The notes beneath the pieces are model-generated. The model was not told where the DNA came from and did no database searches. It saw only the letters and a list, made by a program, of their open reading frames with translations. A stretch of DNA of 64,000 nt. Source: Nitrospinota bacterium. GTDB taxonomy: Bacteria > UBA8248. A program made the translations under genes and the position numbers. Location of the stretch: the NCBI GenBank assembly GCA_030754595.1, contig JASLZZ010000126.1:1-64000 (forward strand), given 5' to 3'. How positions within the stretch are numbered: the stretch's first letter is position 1; the number at the start of each line of letters is the position of its first letter. This document shows positions 36,430-45,568 of this stretch, one piece after another.

Positions 36430-37757
36430 GGCGCCGAAAGGAGGGTGGCCGACGACTGGCCGCCGAGGCCGTGGCTCAGCGAAAGAAAAGTATTTCCCCG
36501 AATCCCGCGCTCCTCCGCCGGGATATCGAGAACCTGAAACTCCTTTTCGGCCCGCTCGAACCCCGGAGCCGGCGGAAGCGCACCCTCCTCAAGGGCGCGC
36601 AGACCGAGGATCATCTCGCCGATGTCGCTCGCCGAGCCCATATGGCCGGTGTATGGCTTCCAGGGCGCAATGGGAACCTTTTCGACTTCGACTTCTACCC
36701 CGGCAGCGGCTCCGGCCTCGGCGTTTCCGAGAAACGCCTTGAGCGCCCGCATCTCCATGCGGTCGCCTTTTTTGGTCCCGCTCCCATGGGGCAGGATGAA
36801 AGAAACCTCCCCGGCCGCCACGCCACCCTCCGCCACCGCCGAGCGGCAGGCCCTGGCCGCTGCTGTGAGAGGAACCGAGACATGCGCGCCCGAGGTGACT
36901 TCCTGAAAATTCCCGGTCCCCAGAATTCGTCCGATGGGGCGCGCCCCGCGCGCGCGCGCGGCGTCCGCCGCCTCGATCACAAGCGCCGCCGCCCCCTCGG
37001 CCGGGAAAAAACCGTCCCTCCGGCGGTCGAAGGGGCGGAACGACTCGGCTCCGTCGAGGGCGCGGGAGAGAATCCCCAAGCCGTCCAGCTCAAAGCGGAT
37101 CAGGGCGCTGATCCAGCAGCCGCAGCCCACCACGAGGCCGAAATCCGCCTTTCCCCACCGAAGGGCCCGGTCGCAGGCCTCCAGCGCCTGCGCCCCGCAC
37201 GAGGAAAGGCTCGAGAGACTTCCGTTCGTGCCCATGATTTCGTAGCTGGCCGAGAGGTAGCTGAACAAATTGTTCGCCAGCCCCTCGAGCAGATAAAAAG
37301 GGTTCACCTGGTGAAGGGCCAACTCGTTCAGCGCCTCGGCGTCGGGCGGCGCCCAGCCGGGCCCGGCCACCTCGGCGATGGACGAGTAAAAATCGAGATA
37401 TTCGAGCCGGGTAAAATCCCCCGAGCCGATGTAGAGGGACTTCCTCTCGGGCGGCAGGGCGGCGAAGTCCACGCCCGCGCTCTCAATCGCCTCGCGGGCG
37501 GCGTGAAGCCCGAGGATGGAGGAGCGGTTCAGGAACTTTCGCTGGCTCGCCAGCTTCGGCGGAACCTCGGGCGGATTGTCGCACCCGTCCACCGTGCCGA
37601 AGTAGAGAAAGTTCTCGGGAAAAGGGGCCTCCGCTTGTTGAGGCTGGCGCTCGATCCCCCGCCGCCCCGCGCGGACCGCCGCCCAGTTCTCATCGACCCC
37701 GGCCCCGAGCGGGGTGAGCATCCCCGCGCCCGTGATCCAGACCTCCCTGACTTCCAT
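36426..37757 (-). CDS. ketosynthase-fold protein with catalytic Cys replaced by Ser
   Basis: ITGAGMLTPLG, RPFDRRRDGF, HGSGT, K..GH; GTNGSLSSLSSCG aligns by eye to FabF GPN.S.STACASG with Ser at the Cys position. Confidence 0.8.
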   Translation of the reverse strand: MEVREVWITGAGMLTPLGAGVDENWAAVRAGRRGIERQPQQAEAPFPENFLYFGTVDGCDNPPEVPPKLASQRKFLNRSSILGLHAAREAIESAGVDFAALPPERKSLYIGSGDFTRLEYLDFYSSIAEVAGPGWAPPDAEALNELALHQVNPFYLLEGLANNLFSYLSASYEIMGTNGSLSSLSSCGAQALEACDRALRWGKADFGLVVGCGCWISALIRFELDGLGILSRALDGAESFRPFDRRRDGFFPAEGAAALVIEAADAARARGARPIGRILGTGNFQEVTSGAHVSVPLTAAARACRSAVAEGGVAAGEVSFILPHGSGTKKGDRMEMRALKAFLGNAEAGAAAGVEVEVEKVPIAPWKPYTGHMGSASDIGEMILGLRALEEGALPPAPGFERAEKEFQVLDIPAEERGIRGNTFLSLSHGLGGQSSATLLSAP

Positions 37758-37770
37758 CGCGCCTTCCGAT

Positions 37771-38223
37771 CTACGAGATTTCGACGTCGCGGGTGAGGAC
37801 GCGGAAAAGGTGCGCCTGCTCCTCGGGGTCCTCGTAGTCCTTGAGGCCCACCACCCGTCCCGAAAATTCGACGGCCACCTTGCGCTCGCCGCTCACCGAG
37901 GCGGCGCCCTTGTAAAGGCTCCGGCCCTCCTCCTCGCCTACGGCCTCGACCCGAAGTTCGATCTGATCGCCCGGCAGGGCGAAGCCGTAGTATTTAATCG
38001 TCTCGACCCGCTCGAGTAGGAACCAGCGCCCGCACTCCGAGCCCGCCGCCTCGAGCCACCCCGAAAGCTGGACCAGCGCCTCGAGGATCATCGAGCCGGG
38101 CATCACCGGAAACCGGGGAAAATGATACTCGAGGAAATCCTCGCTCATGGTGACGTTCTTGACGCCCTCCATGGACACCCCGCTCTCCCATGAGGTCACT
38201 CGGTCAACCAGCAAATAGCGCAT
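37771..38223 (-). CDS. FabZ-like 3-hydroxyacyl-ACP dehydratase
   Basis: LLVDRV, KNVTMSE, HFPRFPVMPGSMILEALVQ. Confidence 0.85.
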   Translation of the reverse strand: MRYLLVDRVTSWESGVSMEGVKNVTMSEDFLEYHFPRFPVMPGSMILEALVQLSGWLEAAGSECGRWFLLERVETIKYYGFALPGDQIELRVEAVGEEEGRSLYKGAASVSGERKVAVEFSGRVVGLKDYEDPEEQAHLFRVLTRDVEIS

Positions 38224-38239
38224 TCGCCGTCTCTCCCAT

Positions 38240-38665
38240 TTATTCCCCCGTCTCTCCGGCCTCACCCTCGCCGGCCACGCCCTCGCCCAGGAACATCACC
38301 GAGGCGACGGCGTAATTGTCGGCGTGGCTGATCGAAACCGTCGTCTGGCCTATCTTCAGCCGCCGGGCCATCTTCTCCATCGACCCGTGGAGCCGGAGGA
38401 CCGGCTTGCCCGAGGGGGCGGACTCCACCTCGACCTCCCGGAACCGGCCGGTGGCCCCGAAGCCGCCCATGCCCACCCCGAAGGCCTTCAGGCAGGCCTC
38501 CTTCGCCGCAAACCGCCCGGCCAGGTGGGGATAGGGATCGGGCCGGGAGTTGCAGTACCCGAGCTCCGCCTCGGTGTAGATGTCCTGCCCGAAGGCCTCT
38601 TGGCGATCAAAGGCCGCCTTGAGCCGGTCGATTTCGACGAGGTCGATCCCCTGGTACAAACGCAC
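38240..38665 (-). CDS. acpS: holo-ACP synthase
   Basis: GIDLVEI, LAGRFAAKEA.LKA, SISH...YAVASV. Confidence 0.92.
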   Translation of the reverse strand: MRLYQGIDLVEIDRLKAAFDRQEAFGQDIYTEAELGYCNSRPDPYPHLAGRFAAKEACLKAFGVGMGGFGATGRFREVEVESAPSGKPVLRLHGSMEKMARRLKIGQTTVSISHADNYAVASVMFLGEGVAGEGEAGETGE

Positions 38666-38681
38666 GCGCGCCCTCCCGGTC

Positions 38682-39434
38682 TCAGCCGATGTGCATCCCG
38701 CCGTCCACGGTGATGGCCTCGCCGTTGATGTAGTCCGCCGCCGGGGAGGCGAGAAACACCACGACCCCGGCGATGTCCCCCGGCTGGCCGAACCGCTTCG
38801 AGGGGATGCGCTCCATGATCCGGTCGCCGGCGCGTTTACGGACGACCTCGCTCATGTCAGTTTCGATCATTCCGGGCAGAACGGCGTTGAAGCGCAGGCC
38901 GCGCCCGCTCATCTCAGCCGCGCAAGCGCGCGTAAAAGAAATAACCCCGGCCTTGGCGGCGGCGTAGTTCGTCTGGCCCCCGCCGCCCATGACTCCGATG
39001 ATCGAGGAGATGTTGATCACACACCCCGTCCGCGCGCGCATCATGATCTCCGCCGCCGCCTTGGTGCAGTTGTAGACGCCGTTCAGGCTCACGCCGATGA
39101 CCTTGTCCCAGTCGGCGGGCTTCATCCTCAAGAGGAGGGTGTCCTTGATGACGCCCGCGTTGTTCACCAGGATATCCAGCGTACCGAAATCCTCCTTGAC
39201 CGATTCGAACATCGCGCCGACCTGCTCGAAGGAGGAGACGTCGGCCTGATAAGTCTCGGCGCGCCCTCCGGCCCCCTCGATTTCGGCCTTCACCTCGCCC
39301 GCCGCAATCTCCGACGCGCTGTAGTTGATCGCCACAGCCGCGCCCGACTCCGCCAGCGCGAGAGAGCAAGCGCGGCCGATGCCGCGGCCCCCGCCGGTGA
39401 CCAGTGCCACTTTTCCGCTTAGATCGATGTTCAT
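38682..39434 (-). CDS. fabG: 3-oxoacyl-ACP reductase
   Basis: [35 protein letters not shown]. Confidence 0.88.
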   Translation of the reverse strand: MNIDLSGKVALVTGGGRGIGRACSLALAESGAAVAINYSASEIAAGEVKAEIEGAGGRAETYQADVSSFEQVGAMFESVKEDFGTLDILVNNAGVIKDTLLLRMKPADWDKVIGVSLNGVYNCTKAAAEIMMRARTGCVINISSIIGVMGGGGQTNYAAAKAGVISFTRACAAEMSGRGLRFNAVLPGMIETDMSEVVRKRAGDRIMERIPSKRFGQPGDIAGVVVFLASPAADYINGEAITVDGGMHIG

Positions 39435-40706
39435 CTATGCCGCCTTTCCGACAACGAGGGTCGCGTTTTGTCCGCCAAAGCCAAACGAGTTTGAGATCGC
39501 CGCTGGAACAGGCATCCTGCGCGACTCGTTCGGAACATAATCCAGATCGCACCGGCGGTCGGGGTTTTCGAGATTCCGCGTGGGGTGCACCTCATCGCGC
39601 GCCACGCTCAGCGCCGTGAAAATGAGCTCGGGCGCCCCGCAGGCCGCGATCAGATGGCCGATCATCGACTTCGATGAACTGACGGCCAGGTCTCCGGCCG
39701 ATGGGCCGAACACTTCCTTGATCGCCAGCGTCTCGGCCGGGTCGTTGAGCTTCGTTCCCGTCCCGTGGGCGTTCACATATGCGATCTCGCCGGGGGCCAT
39801 CCCCGCGTCCCGGAGCGCCTCGCTCATCGACCGGGCCGCTCCCCGGCCCTTCGGGTCGGGGGCGGTCACCTGGTAGGCGTCCATGCTCGAGCCGTAGCCG
39901 CAGAGCCGGGCATGGACGCGCGCGCCCCGGCAGGCGGCGTGTTCCGCCGACTCGAGGAGGATCACCCCCGCCCCCTCGCCGACCACGAGCCCCGACCGCC
40001 TCCGATCGAAGGGCCGGCAAAGCGCCTCGGGCTCGGCGGCCGCCGTCGACGCCGCGCCGAGGAGGAGAAAAATCGCCATCCCCACCGGATGGATCATCGA
40101 GTCGGCCCCGCCGCAGAGGACGGCGTCCGCCTCCCCCCGGCGAATCGCGCGCATTCCGAGGCCAATCGCCTGCCCCGCCGCGGCGCAGGCCGAGGTCAGG
40201 GTGGCCGAGGGGCCCCGGAAGCCGGCCCACCTGGCGATCAGCGATGTGGCCCGCTCGGGCGGGTTTTGAAAATATCCCGAAGGGTGGGTCTTCTCAAGCT
40301 CCCCGGCGAATCGAACGGAGTCGAAACCCTCCCGCTCGCCGATCCAGGGGGCGAAGTCCTCGAGCCGGTAGGTGCTCAGCCCGGTTCCCATCATCACCCC
40401 TGAGCGCCGAGGGTCGGTCTCGCCCGGCGAGAGCCCCGCGTCCGCGAGGGCACTCCGGGCGGCGTCCAAGGCGAAAAGGACGCGCCGCTCACCCTCTGGG
40501 GCCAGTTCTTCGAGGAGGCGCTCGCGCAGGGATTCGATCTCACCGGCGGGCACCTCGCCGGCCCCGGCGATGGGCAGCCCGCCCGCCTCGAACGATGAGA
40601 CGGGCCTCACCCCCGATTCGCCCGCGAGGGCGCGACTCCAGGCCGTTTCGAGATCCGCCCCCAGGGCGGTCACCATGCCCATTCCGGTGATGAGAACTTC
40701 ACTCAC
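39435..40706 (-). CDS. beta-ketoacyl-ACP synthase (FabF-like, intact Cys-His-His)
   Basis: SACAAAG, NAHGTGT, SKSMIGHL, SNSFGFGGQN. Confidence 0.9.
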   Translation of the reverse strand: MSEVLITGMGMVTALGADLETAWSRALAGESGVRPVSSFEAGGLPIAGAGEVPAGEIESLRERLLEELAPEGERRVLFALDAARSALADAGLSPGETDPRRSGVMMGTGLSTYRLEDFAPWIGEREGFDSVRFAGELEKTHPSGYFQNPPERATSLIARWAGFRGPSATLTSACAAAGQAIGLGMRAIRRGEADAVLCGGADSMIHPVGMAIFLLLGAASTAAAEPEALCRPFDRRRSGLVVGEGAGVILLESAEHAACRGARVHARLCGYGSSMDAYQVTAPDPKGRGAARSMSEALRDAGMAPGEIAYVNAHGTGTKLNDPAETLAIKEVFGPSAGDLAVSSSKSMIGHLIAACGAPELIFTALSVARDEVHPTRNLENPDRRCDLDYVPNESRRMPVPAAISNSFGFGGQNATLVVGKAA

Positions 40707-41164
40707 GGGGCCTCCCAATCCCACCGGGGTTCGATCCAGCCGATATCGCGGTAAAATTTAGCAACCTCCTCGGGGTTTTTCTCCTTGAAGTGCGGAAAGA
40801 CAAAGCGCTCGGCGCTCGCTATCCGCTCCCCGTCCCGCTCCACCCAGGCCCGGCAATCGCTCCACCGCCGGCCGGTGTCCACGATCTCCCCGTGAAGCTC
40901 CACCGTCGCCCCCGCGCGGAGGTCGGCGGGAACCTCGAGATTGTTGATGAGCGATATCACGCAGGAGGTCTCACACTTGTGGGTATAAACCACGAGCCAG
41001 CCCGTGATCTGGGACATGGCCTCGACCAGGATCGAGCCCGGAATCAGCGGCGCCCTCGAGAAATGCTTATTGAGGTAGGCCTCCGACAACGGAAACGTCT
41101 TTACGGCGCGAATGCGATTTCCGCTTTCGAGCTCGATGATGCGGTCAAAGTAGAGAAACCGCAT
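40703..41164 (-). CDS. second FabZ-like dehydratase
   Basis: FLYFDRI, HFSRAPLIPGSILVEAMSQ; AGGAG RBS. Confidence 0.8.
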   Translation of the reverse strand: MRFLYFDRIIELESGNRIRAVKTFPLSEAYLNKHFSRAPLIPGSILVEAMSQITGWLVVYTHKCETSCVISLINNLEVPADLRAGATVELHGEIVDTGRRWSDCRAWVERDGERIASAERFVFPHFKEKNPEEVAKFYRDIGWIEPRWDWEAP

Positions 41165-41257
41165 GGCTTTGTCTCCTCTTGAAACAATCATCAAGTTGCA
41201 TGCAATGACTCAAGCCGTATGCAAAGCGCGGTATGCAAATGCGCCGCACGCAGTGCC

Positions 41258-42472
41258 TCAGGCTGGGCCGACGGCGAACGCCGCGCAGGCGCCGTCAAAC
41301 CCCTGCACCAAGACCAGCCCGGCCTCGAGGCGGGCGGCCTTCGGGCGGTCCGGAAACTCGAGAACATCCCCGCCCGAATTTCCCGCACCCGGGCTCGGCG
41401 GGACGGCACCCTCGGCCATCGCCCTCAGCGCGATGAGCAGATCCACCGCCGGCCCGCCCCCCAAAAGGTGGCCGAAGGCGCCCTTGGTCGCAAGAGCGAG
41501 GGGGCGGTGGCCGCCTAAAACGGCCGCGATCCCCTCGGCCTCGGCTTCGCCCTCCTCAACGCTTCCGCCGCCGTGGACTACCACCAGCCCCACCCGGCCG
41601 GGCCCGATTTCAGCCCTTTGAAGCGCGGCGGCGGCCGAATCCCGAACCGCTCCGGCCAGATCGCCGGGTTCGTCTCCGGCTGTGGCGCGTCCCCATCCTC
41701 TTATATAGCCGAGGCGGGGCTTCCCGCCCGCCACGCCCTCGGGTTCCAGCAACAAAGAGGCGGCTCCCTCGCCCAGGGCGGGGCCTCCATCCGGGGCGGC
41801 GTCCGGCTTCAACAGCCCCCGCTTCCGGTAGCGGGCCACCGACCTGACCGACACCGTCGGGCTGACCCCGGCGGCCAGGGCGGCGCGCGCCTTGCCCTCG
41901 CGAAGGGATTCGGCCGCCTCGATCACCGCCTGGGCGGCCGCCTCGGCCCCCGGGCTGAAGAGACCGTTCTCTCCCCTCAGGCCGAACTGAATCGCCACCT
42001 GGCAAAACGCTGTGGAGTTGAGCATCCCGAGCGGCCAGAGCGGAGGAATCTGGGTCATCCCCTCATTGAAAAACCGCCCCAAGTCCACGCCGCCACCTTC
42101 CACACGCGAGGCCTGGACGGCGGAGACGAAATCCGCCTCTCCGGGGTCCACCGAATCCATCCCGGCGAAAAAAGCCATCTCCTCGCCGGCGAGCCCGGCC
42201 GCATTTCCTCCGGCTTCAGCGAGGGCGTCCGAAACCGCCGCGAGGAGCATATGGGTGTGCCGCCCCATGAGGCGGGCGGCGCGGCGATCCGCCCCCAGCA
42301 TTTCCGGGCCGGGCGGGGCGCAACGCGCCGTCTCGATGGAAGAGAACCCGGCCAGTTCATCGTCGGGGGCGAGGAAACTTCTCCCTGCGCGGAGCGCCTC
42401 CCAGGCGGCGTCCAGACCCCTTCCCGCCGCCGTGACGATCCCCCCCCCGGTGACGGCGAGAGCGGCGGGCAT
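41258..42472 (-). CDS. ketosynthase-fold protein lacking the catalytic Cys (chain-length-factor-like)
   Basis: KS fold (GEGAA, KGAFGHLLG); GENGLFSPGAEAA where FabF has the STAC motif. Confidence 0.8.
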   Translation of the reverse strand: MPAALAVTGGGIVTAAGRGLDAAWEALRAGRSFLAPDDELAGFSSIETARCAPPGPEMLGADRRAARLMGRHTHMLLAAVSDALAEAGGNAAGLAGEEMAFFAGMDSVDPGEADFVSAVQASRVEGGGVDLGRFFNEGMTQIPPLWPLGMLNSTAFCQVAIQFGLRGENGLFSPGAEAAAQAVIEAAESLREGKARAALAAGVSPTVSVRSVARYRKRGLLKPDAAPDGGPALGEGAASLLLEPEGVAGGKPRLGYIRGWGRATAGDEPGDLAGAVRDSAAAALQRAEIGPGRVGLVVVHGGGSVEEGEAEAEGIAAVLGGHRPLALATKGAFGHLLGGGPAVDLLIALRAMAEGAVPPSPGAGNSGGDVLEFPDRPKAARLEAGLVLVQGFDGACAAFAVGPA

Positions 42473-42475
42473 CGG

Positions 42476-43795
42476 TCACTCACCTTCGTAGCGGCCGAGG
42501 CAAAGCGTTGCGTTTTGCCCGCCGAACCCGAAGCTGTTCGAAAGCGCGATCCGGTGCCCGGCGGCGCGCGTCTCGTTGGGCACATAATCCAGGTCGCACC
42601 GGGGGTCGGGGTTTTCGTAGTTGATCGTGGGAAGAATCTCGGAGCGGCGCATCCCCTCGAGGGCGAAGATCGCCTCGACGGCGCCCGCCGCTCCGATGGT
42701 GTGACCGATCAGCGACTTGTTCGAGCTGATCGGAACGCGCCCGGCGGCGTCCCCGAAAACCTCCTTTATGGCCTTGGTCTCGGTGAGATCGTTTTTCGGG
42801 GTCGAGGTGCCGTGGGCGTTGATGTATTCCACCTCGCCGGGCGAGACGCCGGCGTCGTCGAGCGCTCCACGCATCGCGAGAATTGCCCCCACCCCCTGGG
42901 GGTGCATGTCGGTGATGCGGAAGGCGTCGGCCGAATCGCCGTAGCCGAGCACCTCGCCCAGTATCGGCGCCCCGCGCGCGAGCGCATGTCCTAGTTCCTC
43001 GAGAACGATGGAGCCCGCCCCCTCGGACATCACAAATCCGTTTCGCCTCCGGTCGAAGGGCCGCGAGGCCCTTTGGGGGCTCTCGTATTTCTCCACCAAC
43101 GCCGTCAGCAGGACAAAGCCCAAAAAACCGCCGTAGGAGATCGCCGACTCGCACCCGCCCGCGATCATCGCGTCCGCCTTGCCGTCGCGGATGATGCGGA
43201 GCGCCTCGCCCACCGCCTGCCCCCCCGCCGCGCAGGCCGAGCAGACGGAGATCGTGGGGCCCTGGGCGTCGAACGCGGTCGCCACCACCGATGTCGCCAC
43301 GTCGATCTTCCGCCGGTAGAAATGAAGAAAATCGTAGCCGCCCGAGCGCATGAGATCGCCGAAATCCCACTTTCCCTCCCAGGGGGAATCGCCCCCCGGG
43401 CGCCAGTGGCGAAGCAGCTGAATCATTTCGGGGATATCGGCGTGCTCGCCGTGGGAGCCGACCGAGACGCCGACGCGGGAGCGATCAGAAATTCCGTCGA
43501 GGCGCGCGCGGACGGCGGCCTCGCCGGTGGCGATGAGCATCATGCGGACACCGCGCGTCGTGAGTTTGAGAAGCGGGCGGCGGGAGGGATCGTCGCGCTC
43601 TTCGATCCAGGCGTCGTCCACCTCGCCGGCTATCTGGCAGGGAAGCTTGGCGGGGTCGAACTGACGAATGAAATCGATTCCCGATTTTCCCTCGCGGGCG
43701 GCGTCGAAGCTCGCGGCGACATCTCCGCCGAGGGGGGTCATCATCCCATAGCCTGTGACAACGACGCGTTTCGAAGGCCGGGCCATGGAGGACAA
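42476..43795 (-). CDS. beta-ketoacyl-ACP synthase (FabF-like, intact Cys-His-His)
   Basis: SACAAGG, NAHGTST, NKSLIGHT, SNSFGFGGQN. Confidence 0.9.
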   Translation of the reverse strand: MSSMARPSKRVVVTGYGMMTPLGGDVAASFDAAREGKSGIDFIRQFDPAKLPCQIAGEVDDAWIEERDDPSRRPLLKLTTRGVRMMLIATGEAAVRARLDGISDRSRVGVSVGSHGEHADIPEMIQLLRHWRPGGDSPWEGKWDFGDLMRSGGYDFLHFYRRKIDVATSVVATAFDAQGPTISVCSACAAGGQAVGEALRIIRDGKADAMIAGGCESAISYGGFLGFVLLTALVEKYESPQRASRPFDRRRNGFVMSEGAGSIVLEELGHALARGAPILGEVLGYGDSADAFRITDMHPQGVGAILAMRGALDDAGVSPGEVEYINAHGTSTPKNDLTETKAIKEVFGDAAGRVPISSNKSLIGHTIGAAGAVEAIFALEGMRRSEILPTINYENPDPRCDLDYVPNETRAAGHRIALSNSFGFGGQNATLCLGRYEGE

Positions 43796-43838
43796 CTCCC
43801 GAAGAAACTCCGCGAAGAAACCCGGGGCGGCGGATGAA

Positions 43839-44396
43839 TCAGAAGATTTGTTTTTCTTCCTGGAGAGAGGTCAGCCAATTCTGGACCACTTCGTCGCCAC
43901 TCGGCAAAACGGCGGGCTTTCCGGTTTCGGAACAGACGATACGGGTTCCCTCATCGGTCTTCCAGTCCGCGCCGGCCGGGCTCTTCTCGGGCAAGAGGCC
44001 GAAAATGTCCTTCACCGCCGCCGACAGCGTCCGCGGGGTGACGAGGGCCGGAAGCTCGTCCACCGGAGTTCCCGGTTCGAGATCATCGGCCGCCTCGGTC
44101 AGGCGCATCTTGAGGACCTCCACGCCCTTTTCGGTGACAACGTTGTTCTCGTCGATTGCAACGCCCTCGCCGAAAAGCTCATCGACGTGCTCGAGAACGA
44201 ATTTGCGGGCCATCTTCACCCCGAACACCTGCTCCAGGCGAAAGTTCACGTCGAGAAAATCGAGGGAAAGAACGCCCAGATCGTCCACCAGCGAGCTATC
44301 GGGAGTAATGGAGTCCCGGTCCACGCCCGTAGTGTGGACGATAGCGTCGTAAACCTCCTGCATGATCCGTTCATCGTTGATCATGTTCTGCGGCAT
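43839..44396 (-). CDS. extended acyl carrier protein (AcpXL-like N-domain plus ~100-aa extension)
   Basis: ITPDSSLVDDLGVLSLDFLDV.F.LE..FGV with the phosphopantetheine Ser in LSL; 185 aa; GAGGAG RBS. Confidence 0.8.
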   Translation of the reverse strand: MPQNMINDERIMQEVYDAIVHTTGVDRDSITPDSSLVDDLGVLSLDFLDVNFRLEQVFGVKMARKFVLEHVDELFGEGVAIDENNVVTEKGVEVLKMRLTEAADDLEPGTPVDELPALVTPRTLSAAVKDIFGLLPEKSPAGADWKTDEGTRIVCSETGKPAVLPSGDEVVQNWLTSLQEEKQIF

Positions 44397-44494
44397 GCAA
44401 TTCTCCTCGTGCCTCTTGTAATCTCATGTCTCTATAATCCACGGCCGCATGTAATCCCAGGCGGGGCTTGCTGAAATACAGCGTCAAGGATGCA

Positions 44495-45289
44495 TCATCC
44501 GGGCGGCGTTGGCCAGCGCAAACGATTGCTCACGCCCCGGTCGGTGATGATCGTCTGGCCGCGGATGACATCGCTCGCGGGCCCCAGGAGGTAGTGGACC
44601 ACTCCGGCGACCTCCTCGGGGGAGAGAAAAAACCGCTCGGGCAACTTCTCCAGCTCTGGGTCCACCATCCGGAGCGTCTTGAACGAATCCGTCTTGACGA
44701 GGCCCGCGCAGACCGCGTTCACTGATATCCCCCGGTCGCCGTAGCTCTCCGCCCAGTATTTGACGGCGGTCTCCATCGCCGCCTTCATTGAGCCCAGCGG
44801 ATAGTCCGGATTCGCGAACCTGCTGCCCAGGCTCGAGAGGAATACCACCGCCCCGCCCTGCCGGGAGAGGGGGTCTAGAGCCTTCTGCATGCAGAAGACA
44901 TTTCCCAGGTAGTTCGTCTCGACCAGCTGGCGAAGGTCGCGCTCGAGTAATTTCTCCCAGGGCTTGAACGGCGCGCGGGCGGCGTTGAGCACCAGGAAAT
45001 CGAGCCGGCCGAACTCATCCTCAGCCTTCGAGAAGAGCTCCCCAGCGGCATCTTTTTTCCCGATGTCGGCCGGAACCGATATGGCGTGCACGCCCGCCTC
45101 TTCGGCCTCCCGGCACAGGGCCTCGGCGAGCTCTCCCGAGCGCCCCCGCCCCGAGCGGTGGTTGATCACCAGATTCACTCCCGCCCGGGCCAGCCGCCGG
45201 GCCACCGCCGCCCCGATCCCGCGCGAGCCGCCGGTGATCAAAGCGACCTTGCCCTGAAAATGGGGTTCAGCTTCATTTGAGGGATTCAC
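44495..45289 (-). CDS. SDR oxidoreductase, FabL-like enoyl-ACP reductase candidate
   Basis: TGGSRGIG, NAARAPFKP, SSLGS, Y-x5-K spacing; GTG start after GAGG. Confidence 0.7.
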   Translation of the reverse strand: MNPSNEAEPHFQGKVALITGGSRGIGAAVARRLARAGVNLVINHRSGRGRSGELAEALCREAEEAGVHAISVPADIGKKDAAGELFSKAEDEFGRLDFLVLNAARAPFKPWEKLLERDLRQLVETNYLGNVFCMQKALDPLSRQGGAVVFLSSLGSRFANPDYPLGSMKAAMETAVKYWAESYGDRGISVNAVCAGLVKTDSFKTLRMVDPELEKLPERFFLSPEEVAGVVHYLLGPASDVIRGQTIITDRGVSNRLRWPTPPG

Positions 45290-45568
45290 CGGAATCCTCG
45301 CAATTTCGAAAACGCCAACCGGCGCCAATCAAACGGGAACCACCGCGGGCGGGAGCCTTCGCGCCCCGGACCGGTAAGCGGCCACCCGGACGCCAAACGC
45401 CTCGTTTATAGCATCCGGGCCCCCGGCTATCAATATTGGAGATAGGGGGCGATACCGAAGGGCTCTAAAAATTGGACTTTGAATCCTCGCCCCTCCCGGA
45501 CTAAAATACCCGCGTGCCGTTTTTCTTCCGAGTCCACCCGGCTCTTTTCCGCTGATGGGGGTGACGCG

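Noticed and set aside
35395..45289. Labelling the cluster as ladderane or aryl polyene biosynthesis
   Set aside because: No radical SAM or desaturase-like genes, and no aryl-loading ligase, methyltransferase or glycosyltransferase in the cluster.
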